In this document: positions 20,307-29,896 of the stretch, piece after piece | Layout of the letters: each line of letters opens with the position of its first letter | Numbering within the stretch: position 1 is the first letter of the stretch | Source: Elusimicrobiota bacterium | Lineage (GTDB): Bacteria > RUG730 > JBDRED01 | NCBI GenBank assembly: GCA_043820025.1 | Contig: JBDRED010000005.1 | Span: forward strand, 20,442 to 84,441 | Direction of reading: 5' to 3' | DNA length: 64,000 nt | Program-made: the position numbers and the translations under genes | The notes under the pieces: model-generated | Seen by the model: the letters and a program-made list of their open reading frames with translations, nothing else | Databases searched by the model: none | Told to the model about the DNA's origin: nothing

Positions 20307-20384
20307 AGTATCCGAACTTTGGGGTCTGTCCCTCATTTCGGATACTTATCCGAAATGAGGGACAGACCCCAAAGTTCGGATACT
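20307..20384. repeat. 78-bp near-perfect palindrome, family A (core TGAGGGACAGACCCCAAA flanked by CCGAA/TTCGG)
   Basis: The left arm 20307-20341 is the exact reverse complement of the right arm 20350-20384. Sits 10 nt after the rseP stop and is followed by tttt. A second copy lies at 52941-53020. Confidence 0.9.
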
Positions 20385-20415
20385 TTTAGAATGAGAAAAA
20401 TAGGCGGGGCAGAAG

Positions 20416-21474
20416 ATGAAATACACGCGAAACAAAACAAGAAAGGTTAATGTCGGAAAAGTAACTATCGGCGGAGCTGATAATATTATCGTGCAGTCTA
20501 TGACAAATACTAATACAGCCGATGTTTCAGCAACTGTTAAACAGATTCATGTGCTGGAAAAAGCAGGGTGCGAGATTGTCAGGGTTAGTGTGCCGGATGA
20601 AACTTCAGCCGCGGCTTTATCTAAGATAAAAAAGAAAATAAATATTCCATTGGTTGCGGATATTCATTTTGATTATAAATTAGCGCTTTTGGCAATCGCT
20701 AATGGCGCGGACAAGGTCAGAATTAATCCGGGTAATATGCGAAAGGATAAATTAAAGGATATTTTAAATATGGCCAAGGATCGCAATACAGCTATCCGTA
20801 TTGGCGTAAATAGCGGGTCATTAAAAAAACTGCATGGCAGTTCCATTAAATTGTCGTCTGAAAAACGGGCCGGTATTTTGGTTGATGCTGTGAGCGAATA
20901 TCTAAATACATTTGAAAGAGAATCTTTTTATAACACAGTAGTAGCGCTTAAAGCGTCAGATGTTGGAACTACAATAAAGGCATGCGAGATTTTTAGTAAT
21001 AATTTTAAATACCCGGCGCATATAGGCATTACTGAGTCAGGGTCATTGTTCCAAGGGTCTATAAAATCAACTGCAGGACTCGCGCAGATTATTTCCGGGG
21101 GTTTAGGCGATACAATGCGAATTTCATTAAGCGCTGATCCTGTTTGGGAAGTTCGCGCCGCGTATATTCTTTTGCAGTCTTTAGGCATAAGGCAAAAAAT
21201 GCCAAATATAATTTCCTGTCCTACTTGCGCCAGAACAACTGTGGATGTTATAAAATTGGTTGCGGAAATAGAAAAAGTATTATATTCTTTTGACTGGTCG
21301 GGCGATAGGGCCTGTCTTAAAACAATAGCTGTAATGGGGTGTGTTGTTAACGGCCCGGGGGAAGCGAAGGAAGCGGATTTGGGAATTACCGGTGCAGGGA
21401 ATAAGATTTGTTTATTCAAAAAAGGCAGGATAATAGCGACATTAAAAAAAGAACAGTTCAGATCGGTTTTTTGA
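20416..21474 (+). CDS. ispG: 4-hydroxy-3-methylbut-2-enyl diphosphate synthase
   Basis: VQSMTNT, RVSVPD and RINPGN motifs. C-terminal cysteines CPTCAR...MGCVVNGPGE. Confidence 0.95.
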   Translation: MKYTRNKTRKVNVGKVTIGGADNIIVQSMTNTNTADVSATVKQIHVLEKAGCEIVRVSVPDETSAAALSKIKKKINIPLVADIHFDYKLALLAIANGADKVRINPGNMRKDKLKDILNMAKDRNTAIRIGVNSGSLKKLHGSSIKLSSEKRAGILVDAVSEYLNTFERESFYNTVVALKASDVGTTIKACEIFSNNFKYPAHIGITESGSLFQGSIKSTAGLAQIISGGLGDTMRISLSADPVWEVRAAYILLQSLGIRQKMPNIISCPTCARTTVDVIKLVAEIEKVLYSFDWSGDRACLKTIAVMGCVVNGPGEAKEADLGITGAGNKICLFKKGRIIATLKKEQFRSVF

Positions 21475-21532
21475 GCGAATTAAAAAAATTGATAGCTTAA
21501 AAATTTAAAAATAATTAATGGAAGGTTATGAT

Positions 21533-23239
21533 ATGAGATTTTCAAAAACACTTATACCTACGCTAAAAGAGGTGCCTAAAGACGCGGAGATTGTAAGTCA
21601 TAAGCTAATGTACCGCGCAGGCATGATCCGCAAATTATCAGCAGGTATATACGAATGGCTGCCTATTGGGTTTCGCGTTCTAAAAAAAGTAGAAAATATT
21701 ATTAGAGAAGAAATGGATAATGCGGGCGCACTTGAAGTATTCCTTCCTGCGCTTCAGCCAAAGGATTTATGGATGAAGAGCGGCAGGTGGGACGTGTACG
21801 GCAAAGAGCTAATGCGCCTCAAAGATCGTCATGAACGTGAATTTTGCCTGGGCCCGACGCATGAAGAGGTAATTACAAATCGTGTTGGGGCAGAGGTTAA
21901 GTCTTATAGGAATCTGCCAATTACTTTATATCAATTCCAAACCAAGTTTCGAGACGAAATACGTCCAAGGTTTGGGATTATGCGGAGCCGCGAGTTTTAT
22001 ATGAAAGACGCTTATAGTTTTGATACTACTGACGAGAATGCGCAGAAGTCATATGAGATTATGGTTGAAGCGTATAAAAAAATGTTTAAGAGATGCGGAC
22101 TGGAATTTGGGGTTGTTGAAGCTGATTCAGGCGCTATTGGAGGAAGCTTTTCTCATGAGTTTATGGTGTTTGCCGAGTCAGGCGAGAGTAAGATTGTGTC
22201 ATGCGCGTGCGGATATGCGGCTAATTTAGAGAAAGCGTCAGCTGATTTTAAAATTTATGACGATAATAATAATGAAAAGAATTATGAAAAGGTTAAAACA
22301 CCGAATGTGACAAGCGTTGAGGAAGTTTCAAAATTTCTTCAAATACCTGCGCATAAATTTTTAAAGGCATTGGTGTATAAAACTAATAATGAGTATATAA
22401 TGGTTTTGATAAGGGGCGACAGGCAGATAAATGAACATAAGCTTTCCGGTTATCTTAAAGTTAATGAGTTAATAAAACCGGAAGAGAAAGAGATAATTGA
22501 GAAGCTGGGGCTTGTTCCGGGTTTTCTGGGGCCATTAAAATTACAAAAAAATCTGCGTATTATCGCGGATGCGTCTGTTACGACAATTACCGGCGCTGTG
22601 GCAGGAGCGAATGAAAAAGATTACCATTGCATAAATGTGAATTTTAAACGGGATATTAATTGCGGCGAAATAGCCGATGTGATTTTGGTAAACGAAGACG
22701 ATAGATGTAGTAAGTGCGGAATGCAGCTGCATTTTAGCCAGGGTATTGAGGTTGGGCATACATTTAAACTTGGCACAAAATACAGCGATGCAATGCAGGC
22801 TGAGTATCTTGATGAAAACGGCGAAACTAAGTCTATGATTATGGGATGTTATGGTATCGGAGTTTCGCGCGTTGTCGCTGCTGCTATTGAGCAGAATCAT
22901 GATGCTAATGGAATTATCTGGCCGTGGGCAATAGCGCCTTATCAAATTGGAGTTGTAATAACTGACACAAGTAATAATAGCTTGATGGAGATTGGCGAAA
23001 AAATATATAATACGCTTAAGGCTGAAGGCTTTGATGCGCTTTTAGATGATAGAGATGAAAGAGCCGGCGTTAAGTTTAAAGATATGGACCTTATAGGGAT
23101 TCCTTTGCGTATTATTATTGGAAAAAAATATTTAGAAAATAAAGAATTTGAGTTAAAGCCGCGCAAACAAGGCGAATCAACCGGCTGTAAAGAAGAAAAA
23201 TTATTAGACGTAATTAATGAATTAAGAAAACTATTGTAA
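21533..23239 (+). CDS. proS: Prolyl-tRNA synthetase (bacterial type with insertion/editing domain)
   Basis: Class II motifs (FRDEIRPRFGIMRSREFYMKDAYSF; GCYGIGVSR) and a C-terminal anticodon-binding domain. Start at ATG 21533. Confidence 0.95.
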   Translation: MRFSKTLIPTLKEVPKDAEIVSHKLMYRAGMIRKLSAGIYEWLPIGFRVLKKVENIIREEMDNAGALEVFLPALQPKDLWMKSGRWDVYGKELMRLKDRHEREFCLGPTHEEVITNRVGAEVKSYRNLPITLYQFQTKFRDEIRPRFGIMRSREFYMKDAYSFDTTDENAQKSYEIMVEAYKKMFKRCGLEFGVVEADSGAIGGSFSHEFMVFAESGESKIVSCACGYAANLEKASADFKIYDDNNNEKNYEKVKTPNVTSVEEVSKFLQIPAHKFLKALVYKTNNEYIMVLIRGDRQINEHKLSGYLKVNELIKPEEKEIIEKLGLVPGFLGPLKLQKNLRIIADASVTTITGAVAGANEKDYHCINVNFKRDINCGEIADVILVNEDDRCSKCGMQLHFSQGIEVGHTFKLGTKYSDAMQAEYLDENGETKSMIMGCYGIGVSRVVAAAIEQNHDANGIIWPWAIAPYQIGVVITDTSNNSLMEIGEKIYNTLKAEGFDALLDDRDERAGVKFKDMDLIGIPLRIIIGKKYLENKEFELKPRKQGESTGCKEEKLLDVINELRKLL

Positions 23240-23290
23240 AATACAAATTATAATTCACCGGGACTATCCCCTTTAATGTTTGGAGGTTTA

Positions 23291-24316
23291 ATGAAGGCTT
23301 TTGTAATGAGCGCCGGATTGGGAACTCGGCTTAGGCCGCTTACATTTCATGTTCCTAAACCAATGATAACGATCGCGAATAAGCCTGTATTGCAGAATAC
23401 TCTCGAGCTTTTGTCTAAGCATAATGTTAAGGATGTAGCGGTTAATCTCCATTCTTTTCCGGAGATTATTAAAAAGTATTTTGGAAATGGCGAAAAATTT
23501 GATATAAATATTACTTACTCATTTGAGAAAGAACTCCTAGGCACTGCCGGCGGAGTTCGAAAGATGAAAGATATGCTTGATGAGACATTTATTGTTATGA
23601 GCGGCGATGGTTTGGTGGATTTAGACATTACAGAGGTTTTAAAATTCCATAAAGAGAAAAAGACTATTGCGACAATCGTGTTAAAATCTAAGGACAAAAA
23701 ATTTGAATATGGCGTTGTGCGCGCCGGCAAAGACTGCGCGATTGAACAGTTCATTGAAAAGCCTTTGTGGGGCGATGTTTTTGAAAATCGCGTAAACACA
23801 GGAATATATATATTAGAACCTGAAATATTTGACTATATACCTGAAAATAAGTTTTATGATTTTGGTCATAATGTGTGGCCGGAACTGCTAAAAAAAAATA
23901 TTCCGATATATGCTTATGAGATAGATAGTTATTGGTGCGATATTGGGAATCTTTATGAGTATAGAAAGGCGCAGATTGATGTGATGTCCGGCGCGGTAAA
24001 TATTAAAATTCCCGGCAGGGAAATCTCTAATAAAATCTGGGTTGGAGATAATACTGAGATTGATTCAAATGCAGATTTAATGCCGCCCTGCATAATTGGA
24101 AACAGCTGTAAGATAAATAAAGGAGCGGCAATTAAGGGCAATACTGTTATTGGCAATAATGTAATTATAGACGACAGCGCTTCTATAGAAAATTGCGTAA
24201 TATGGGATAATGTTAGAATTGGGAAGGGGAGCGTTTTAAAAGATTGTATTGTTGGTTCAGATTCAAATGTAACGAGCGGCAGTATTGTTTATGAAGGAAC
24301 AATAGTAAAAAAATAA
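23291..24316 (+). CDS. Sugar-1-phosphate nucleotidyltransferase with C-terminal left-handed beta-helix
   Basis: N-terminal [16 protein letters not shown]...PKPM NTP-transferase motif. The C-terminal hexapeptide-like repeats are I/V/N-rich. Sugar and nucleotide specificity cannot be assigned by eye. Confidence 0.8.
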   Translation: MKAFVMSAGLGTRLRPLTFHVPKPMITIANKPVLQNTLELLSKHNVKDVAVNLHSFPEIIKKYFGNGEKFDINITYSFEKELLGTAGGVRKMKDMLDETFIVMSGDGLVDLDITEVLKFHKEKKTIATIVLKSKDKKFEYGVVRAGKDCAIEQFIEKPLWGDVFENRVNTGIYILEPEIFDYIPENKFYDFGHNVWPELLKKNIPIYAYEIDSYWCDIGNLYEYRKAQIDVMSGAVNIKIPGREISNKIWVGDNTEIDSNADLMPPCIIGNSCKINKGAAIKGNTVIGNNVIIDDSASIENCVIWDNVRIGKGSVLKDCIVGSDSNVTSGSIVYEGTIVKK

Positions 24317-24374
24317 AATAAAAATCGTAATGCGTCAAATTTCAAAACGTATTGCGTATAAAAGGAGAGGGAAA

Positions 24375-25562
24375 ATGAGTAATAAATATCCGCGTTTCGT
24401 ATTTTCATCAGAGTCAGTAACCGAAGGCCATCCGGATAAGGTGTGTGATCAGATTTCTGACGCAGTACTTGATGAGGTGTTAACCAATGATCCTAACGGC
24501 CGTGTAGCGTGCGAAACATTTATTACTGTGGGCATGCTTATTATCGGAGGAGAAATAACAACAAACTCAAACGTTGAGGTTCAAGAGCTGGCGAGGTCGG
24601 TAATAAAAGATATTGGTTATACAGACGCTAAATATGGTTTTAACTATGAATCATGCGGCGTTCTAAACGCTATTGGCAAACAGTCGCCTGATATTGCGCA
24701 GGGAGTTGATGTGGGCGGAGCCGGCGACCAAGGGCTAATGATCGGATATGCGTGCAAAGAGACTGAGGAGCTTATGCCAATGCCAATAATGCTTGCGCAT
24801 AAACTTGCAGCGAGGCTTGCTAAGGTAAGAAAGGAAGGCATTCTTGGTTATCTGGGGCCTGATGGTAAATCTCAAGTTAGCGTTGAATATATTGACGGCA
24901 AGCCCAGCCGTGTTGACAGCGTAGTTATTTCTACTCAGCATACAACAGAAATTTTAGACAGCACAGGCCATCAGATCACACAGGCCTCAAGAGATGAGAT
25001 TATTCAGAATGTAGTACTGCCAATAATTAATAAGAACCTGCTTGATCAAAATACAAAATATTATATTAATCCTACCGGAAAGTTTGTTATTGGCGGGCCT
25101 CAGTCAGATACAGGTATGACCGGCAGAAAAATAATCGTTGATACATACGGCGGAATGGCTGCGCATGGCGGCGGCGCTTTTTCAGGAAAGGATCCAACAA
25201 AGGTTGACCGCAGCGCTTGTTATGCAGCCAGATATATAGCTAAAAATATTGTAGCAGCAGGATTAGCTGAGAAATGCACGATTCAGCTCGCGTATGCAAT
25301 AGGCGTAGCTGAGCCTGTGTCAATTATGGTAGACGCAATGGGGACAAGCGAGCTTCCGTGCACAGATTTAGAAAAATTGGTTCGTGAAAATTTTAATCTT
25401 ACGCCTGCCGGTATTATAAAGATGCTTGATTTGAAAAAGCCAATCTATAGAAAGACAGCGGCATACGGGCATTTTGGAAGAAATGAATTTTCATGGGAAA
25501 AGACGGATAGGGCTGAAGCATTAAAAAAATCCGCTTTAAAAATCTGTAAGATGGTAGTGTGA
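24375..25562 (+). CDS. metK: S-adenosylmethionine synthetase
   Basis: [27 protein letters not shown] and [16 protein letters not shown] motifs. Start at ATG 24375 after a GGAGAGGG RBS. Confidence 0.96.
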   Translation: MSNKYPRFVFSSESVTEGHPDKVCDQISDAVLDEVLTNDPNGRVACETFITVGMLIIGGEITTNSNVEVQELARSVIKDIGYTDAKYGFNYESCGVLNAIGKQSPDIAQGVDVGGAGDQGLMIGYACKETEELMPMPIMLAHKLAARLAKVRKEGILGYLGPDGKSQVSVEYIDGKPSRVDSVVISTQHTTEILDSTGHQITQASRDEIIQNVVLPIINKNLLDQNTKYYINPTGKFVIGGPQSDTGMTGRKIIVDTYGGMAAHGGGAFSGKDPTKVDRSACYAARYIAKNIVAAGLAEKCTIQLAYAIGVAEPVSIMVDAMGTSELPCTDLEKLVRENFNLTPAGIIKMLDLKKPIYRKTAAYGHFGRNEFSWEKTDRAEALKKSALKICKMVV

Positions 25563-25640
25563 CAAAAGTCACAAAAAAAAAACTTGCACTTTGAATATAA
25601 GTATTGTAAGCTTTTTAAGATTTAAAAAAGGAGGGTTTAT

Positions 25641-26594
25641 ATGAAAAAACTCGCATCGATCGTGCTTATTATTGTGATGTTTAGCTTAAGCGGTTGTGGC
25701 GACACAAACTTTTTTAGCTGGACTCATAAAGCAGGCAGTAAAAAGACAACGGAAGCTTTGACAGCTGACGGACAAAGCGCATTAGCAAAGAAGGATTATG
25801 ATGGAGCTTATGCTTATTTCTCAGACGCTATTGCAAAAGATTCGTCTAACAGCGAAGCAAGATACGGCAGAGCTCAGGCTGCTTATGGAAAAGCAGGGAT
25901 CAGCTTATCTTCGCTCCTGGCAAGCGCATTACAAAATATGGAAGATGATAATGGCATGATATCTACTTTTGATATTGTTCAACCGAGCGATTTATCTCCG
26001 GACAGCCTTATTCCTGATTCGATTGGTGACCTAAAAAATTTATATGACGCTACAGCGCAGGTTGTTGAGGATTTAAAAATAATAGCTGACGGGCATGGGA
26101 ATGGAGTTATTCCTGCTGATGATCCTGATGTAAATATTAACCTTGCATTTGCTCAGCTGATTCAAGGCGTGCTCTTTGTATTAGACAGCAATGCGGATGG
26201 ATATCCGGGCATCGCAGGCGATTTGGTTCAGGTTAATAAAGATTATACAGTAACTGAGCCAAAAGACTTTGAGTGGAACGCGCTTAAAGCGGACGCTGTT
26301 GCGTTAGATAAATTTAAAAAGCAGGTTCAAAAAGGCGTAATATATGTTTTAGGGACAGGCGCAAAAGGCAAAGCAGTTGAATTTTTTGGCGCATCTATTT
26401 ATGCGGGATTAGATTCAGTTTACAGCAGTTTTAGAGGCTCTATAGAATATTTAGATACAGCTATTAACTCAGGCAGTCTTCCAAAGACAGGTATTTTATA
26501 CGACCTAAAAACAAACTTTACCGAACTTGTAAAACAAGGCGAAGGTATAGAAGGCGATGACTTCGGGGATCTTTGGAATGAGATAAATAGCTAA
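25641..26594 (+). CDS. Hypothetical lipoprotein
   Basis: Signal peptide with lipobox LSGC and a strong AGGAGGG RBS. No domain recognised beyond one TPR-like helix pair near the N-terminus. Confidence 0.6.
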   Translation: MKKLASIVLIIVMFSLSGCGDTNFFSWTHKAGSKKTTEALTADGQSALAKKDYDGAYAYFSDAIAKDSSNSEARYGRAQAAYGKAGISLSSLLASALQNMEDDNGMISTFDIVQPSDLSPDSLIPDSIGDLKNLYDATAQVVEDLKIIADGHGNGVIPADDPDVNINLAFAQLIQGVLFVLDSNADGYPGIAGDLVQVNKDYTVTEPKDFEWNALKADAVALDKFKKQVQKGVIYVLGTGAKGKAVEFFGASIYAGLDSVYSSFRGSIEYLDTAINSGSLPKTGILYDLKTNFTELVKQGEGIEGDDFGDLWNEINS

Positions 26595-26622
26595 TTTTAG
26601 AATATTTAATAAGGAGGGGATT

Positions 26623-27897
26623 GTGTATAAAAAAATAATAAGTATAATTGCTCTAACATTATTTGTATCTACTGCAATGCTGTATTCTGCTGAATCGCCA
26701 TTTTATAAACGCGGAGTAAGAGCGCTTGGCATGGGCGGAGCGCATGTGTGCCTTTCAGACGACCAGAACGCTTTTTTCTATAACCCGGCCGGGATTACAA
26801 AACGAGAAAAGAGAATGCTTACATTAGTTGATATGCCTATATCAATAACTGACGATATGTTAAAATTCTATGATTGGTATAAAGATAATGAAGACGCATT
26901 AAAAGATTTTGATAAACTTCCGGAAACGGATAAAACAGAGCTTCTTAATGATATTACAGATAAGATTACCTCTTACAGAACCAGATTTACATTTGGCGGC
27001 CCTATATTTCCGCTTAACTTCAACTATATCTCAGGACCTAGAGGCGCGAACAACAACATGTTCTGGGGGATTGGAGTATTTGACCAGGTTGATATAGGTT
27101 TTAATTTGAATTCAGGTATTCTTATACCAAAGCTGGATATTTGGGGACATGCGGATGTGGCAGGTATGTTTATGCTTGCGAGAAAGTTTGATAATGATGT
27201 GTCAGTCGGCGCAAATATTAAATACATAGGAAGAGCAGGGCTTGATGAAAGAGGAATAAGTATTCTTGCGCTTGAAGGCTTAGAGCCTATGATACAGCCC
27301 GGATTTGGTATGGGCGTTGACCTTGGCGTAACATGGGATTTTAAAGAAAATATGGAAGTCGGAATGAGCATTATGGACGTAGGCGGCACGCCTATTAAGT
27401 ATAAAGAAGCTACAAAAGATACAACTGACGATGGCGTAACAACAACTCAGACTAAGGAAGAATATACAGGAATAATTTATTCCAGAGTTAATTTAGGTTT
27501 TGCTTACAAGCCGATCGATACATGGAATCTTCCATTAAAGCCTGATTTAACCTTAGCTGTTGATATTCATGATGTTCTTGATTCAGAGGATGACGGTAAG
27601 CTAAGCTTTTCAGAGCTATTTAAAAAGATGCATATGGGCGCTGAATTTCAATGGAACCTGGTTCAGTTTAGATGCGGCCTTAATTCAGGATATCCGACAT
27701 TGGGATTAGGCGCGTCTCTGTTAGGTTTTAAGGTTGAGTATGCTTACTATACTGATGAAATGGGGCTGTTCCCGGGCGACCTTCCGGAAACAAATCACAT
27801 GATTTCAGTTGCGTGGAGATTTGGAGCAGGAAGAGTAAGCGAAAAGGAGTCAATGCGTCTAAAGGAAAAAAGATTAGCTAGATATAGTAAAATATAA
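26623..27897 (+). CDS. Outer-membrane beta-barrel protein, FadL/PorV/TraF-like
   Basis: Signal peptide, then RALGMGGAHVCLSDDQNAFFYNPAGI, a signature seen at the N-terminus of FadL-superfamily/PorV-like barrels. The rest has alternating beta-strand-like sequence rich in aromatics and Gly. Confidence 0.55.
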   Translation: MYKKIISIIALTLFVSTAMLYSAESPFYKRGVRALGMGGAHVCLSDDQNAFFYNPAGITKREKRMLTLVDMPISITDDMLKFYDWYKDNEDALKDFDKLPETDKTELLNDITDKITSYRTRFTFGGPIFPLNFNYISGPRGANNNMFWGIGVFDQVDIGFNLNSGILIPKLDIWGHADVAGMFMLARKFDNDVSVGANIKYIGRAGLDERGISILALEGLEPMIQPGFGMGVDLGVTWDFKENMEVGMSIMDVGGTPIKYKEATKDTTDDGVTTTQTKEEYTGIIYSRVNLGFAYKPIDTWNLPLKPDLTLAVDIHDVLDSEDDGKLSFSELFKKMHMGAEFQWNLVQFRCGLNSGYPTLGLGASLLGFKVEYAYYTDEMGLFPGDLPETNHMISVAWRFGAGRVSEKESMRLKEKRLARYSKI

Positions 27898-27924
27898 TTA
27901 AATTTTTCCAAAATATTTAGATTC

Positions 27925-27960
27925 AAACAAGCCGGTGCATACAGCCCGGCTTGTTTTTGT
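27925..27960 (+). terminator. Rho-independent terminator
   Basis: aaacaagccgg / ccggcttgttt stem followed by ttgt. Confidence 0.7.
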
Positions 27961-28044
27961 TAGAGGGACGGTCATTTACCGATGGGGACATTCCTCAAGG
28001 CCGGAAAGAGGGGTGGGGATGAGTGTCCCCATTGTTTAAATTAT

Positions 28045-29685
28045 ATGAAACATTTACTTAAACTAATTTTATTTCTTGTTTTGCTGCTAAGCAGTTATCT
28101 TTATGCCGGTTATGCTCCTCCTCGGCCCGGCAGATTTAATACAGAATATAATAACCGTTCTACACAATCAAATATTCCTCAAATGAGGACATACGCTATA
28201 CCTAAAAAGCGGTCGCAGTTTGTTTCAGGAACATTAAAACCATTAATTATCCTAATAGAATTTTCGGATGTAAAGGCGCGCGTCTCGTCTACAACTACCT
28301 ATTTCGATAATATGGTTTTTTCCGCAGGCGGCGCAAGCATGAATACATATTACAAAGAAAATTCCGAAAATAAAATGAGTTTTTCCAAGATTGGAAATCC
28401 AAATCCTACTTTATGGCTTACTGCAGAAAATACACTGGCATATTATGGAGCAGATGATGATAACATTGACGAGCGTATAGACGAGTTAGCAAAAACAGCT
28501 GTAATCAAAGCGGATAATCAAGGTGTTGATTTTTCTCAATATGATGATGATGGCGACGGATATGTTGATTATGTAATCATTGTTCATGCAGGACAGGCGC
28601 AGGAGTATTCAGGCGTTTCCAATGATATATGGTCGCACCAGGGGATAATTCCGAATGGTTATTCGGTAGACGGCGTAAAGGTTAGGGCATACGCAATGGT
28701 GTCCGAGTATTCGCCTGTGGGCGTGTTTTCTCATGAGTTTGGGCATTTACTTGGACTGCCTGATTTGTATGATACTGCAACAGGAGATACTGTTGTCGCA
28801 ACATGGTGCCTTATGGATTTAGGCGCCTGGCTTGGCGGAGCAAATCACGACGGAACAAATCCGAGTCATCTTTCAGTATGGTGCAAAAAATATTTAGGCT
28901 GGATAAGCGCAGAGGAGATTACTGCAGATAAAAAAAATATGTTGATATATCCAAACGCTGAGGCGGAACCTGCGGGAGAAAAGAAGTATTTAAAAATTCC
29001 TATTCTTGGATCCAATACAGAATATTTTTTAGTCGAATATCGCAGAAAGACTCCGTCTCCGTATATCTTTGAAAAAAATATCGGAGGCGAAGGCATATTA
29101 ATTTGGCATATTAATGATAGTGTCAACCTATTTAGAATTGGCGCGAATAAGGTAAATGTTGATCCTGATAACCTTGGCGTTGCTCTTATAAGCGCGGATG
29201 ATATTGTGAATGTTGAAACAGCGGAAGGCGATCCATGGAGAAAAGGGCAGATATTTATGAGCCCGAGAAGCGATAGCAGTGACGGCAGAAAGAGTAATAT
29301 TTTGATATCGAACTTTGGAATACCCGGAAATACTTTTGATACTATGGATATTTACATTATTAAAATGACTTCTAATCTATCAATAAATCAGCATTATGCT
29401 TATCCAAGCCCTTCTCTTGGCCCGGTTAATTTTAAATTTATTTCTGATACAAATATTAATGACGGAACAGTATATATTTATAACATTGCGGGCGAAGAAA
29501 TAAGAAGAATGAATGTTAATAGCGATAATATTTTAGTCAATTCATCTAAAGATTACGCTCTTGTTTATGATGTTTTATGGGATGGATATAATAATAATGG
29601 AGAGCCGTCTGCTTCAGGCCTTTATTTATATCTATTAAAAGCTGATAATGTGTATGTAAAAAATAAGTTTGCAATAGTTAAATAG
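28045..29685 (+). CDS. Secreted M6-family (immune inhibitor A-like) zinc metalloprotease with FlgD-Ig/T9SS-like C-terminal domain
   Basis: The signal peptide starts at MKHLLKLILFLVLLL. Zinc motif HEFGHLLGLPDLYD. The C-terminal ~90 aa (YPSP...VYIYNIAGEEI...LWDGYNNNGEPSASGLYLYLLK...FAIVK) match the CTD/FlgD-Ig pattern. Confidence 0.75.
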   Translation: MKHLLKLILFLVLLLSSYLYAGYAPPRPGRFNTEYNNRSTQSNIPQMRTYAIPKKRSQFVSGTLKPLIILIEFSDVKARVSSTTTYFDNMVFSAGGASMNTYYKENSENKMSFSKIGNPNPTLWLTAENTLAYYGADDDNIDERIDELAKTAVIKADNQGVDFSQYDDDGDGYVDYVIIVHAGQAQEYSGVSNDIWSHQGIIPNGYSVDGVKVRAYAMVSEYSPVGVFSHEFGHLLGLPDLYDTATGDTVVATWCLMDLGAWLGGANHDGTNPSHLSVWCKKYLGWISAEEITADKKNMLIYPNAEAEPAGEKKYLKIPILGSNTEYFLVEYRRKTPSPYIFEKNIGGEGILIWHINDSVNLFRIGANKVNVDPDNLGVALISADDIVNVETAEGDPWRKGQIFMSPRSDSSDGRKSNILISNFGIPGNTFDTMDIYIIKMTSNLSINQHYAYPSPSLGPVNFKFISDTNINDGTVYIYNIAGEEIRRMNVNSDNILVNSSKDYALVYDVLWDGYNNNGEPSASGLYLYLLKADNVYVKNKFAIVK

Positions 29686-29714
29686 CGCTGAAAAAGCATC
29701 TATTTGTGGAAGTA

Positions 29715-29754
29715 TATTAATGGAAAATAATCCAAGAAGTATAAAATATTATGT
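29715..29754 (+). repeat. 40-bp direct repeat, left copy (duplicate of methyltransferase RBS and first 12 codons)
   Basis: tattaatggaaaataatccaagaagtataaaatattatgt is identical to 31402-31441. Confidence 0.92.
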
Positions 29755-29812
29755 TAATATATTTATTGGGCAAAGGGAAAGGTTGGAAAGATTATTAATA
29801 ACTTTGTGTTAG
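29720..29812 (+). pseudogene. Remnant: duplicated first 12 codons of the methyltransferase gene running into unrelated sequence (30 codons then TAG)
   Basis: Translates to MENNPRSIKYYV NIFIGQRERLERLLITLC*. The first 12 residues are identical to the start of the ORF at 31407. Confidence 0.5.
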
Positions 29813-29847
29813 ATTTGTATATGCGGCTAAATACTTCGAAAAAATAC

Positions 29848-29889
29848 TTGACAAATAACCAGTAAGTACCTAAAATGGGTACATACTGG
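29848..29889 (+). promoter_or_regulatory. AbiEi promoter (TTGACA-17-TAAAAT) with inverted-repeat operator overlapping the -10
   Basis: TTGACA at 29848-29853 and TAAAAT at 29871-29876. Inverted repeat ccagtaAgtacc (29859-29870) / gggtacAtactgg (29877-29889). RBS GGAGGA at 29888-29893. Confidence 0.6.
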
Positions 29890-29896
29890 AGGATGT

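Noticed and set aside
21475-21532. T-box or other leader RNAs upstream of the aaRS genes proS, hisS and alaS.
   Set aside because: The proS and hisS upstream gaps (about 58 and 68 nt) are too short. In the alaS gap I did not see the conserved T-box sequence or a specifier-loop arrangement.
27982-28044. Track start codon for the M6 protease ORF (21 extra N-terminal residues).
   Set aside because: The extension is not signal-peptide-like, whereas a canonical signal peptide begins at ATG 28045. The extension also coincides with an inverted repeat.
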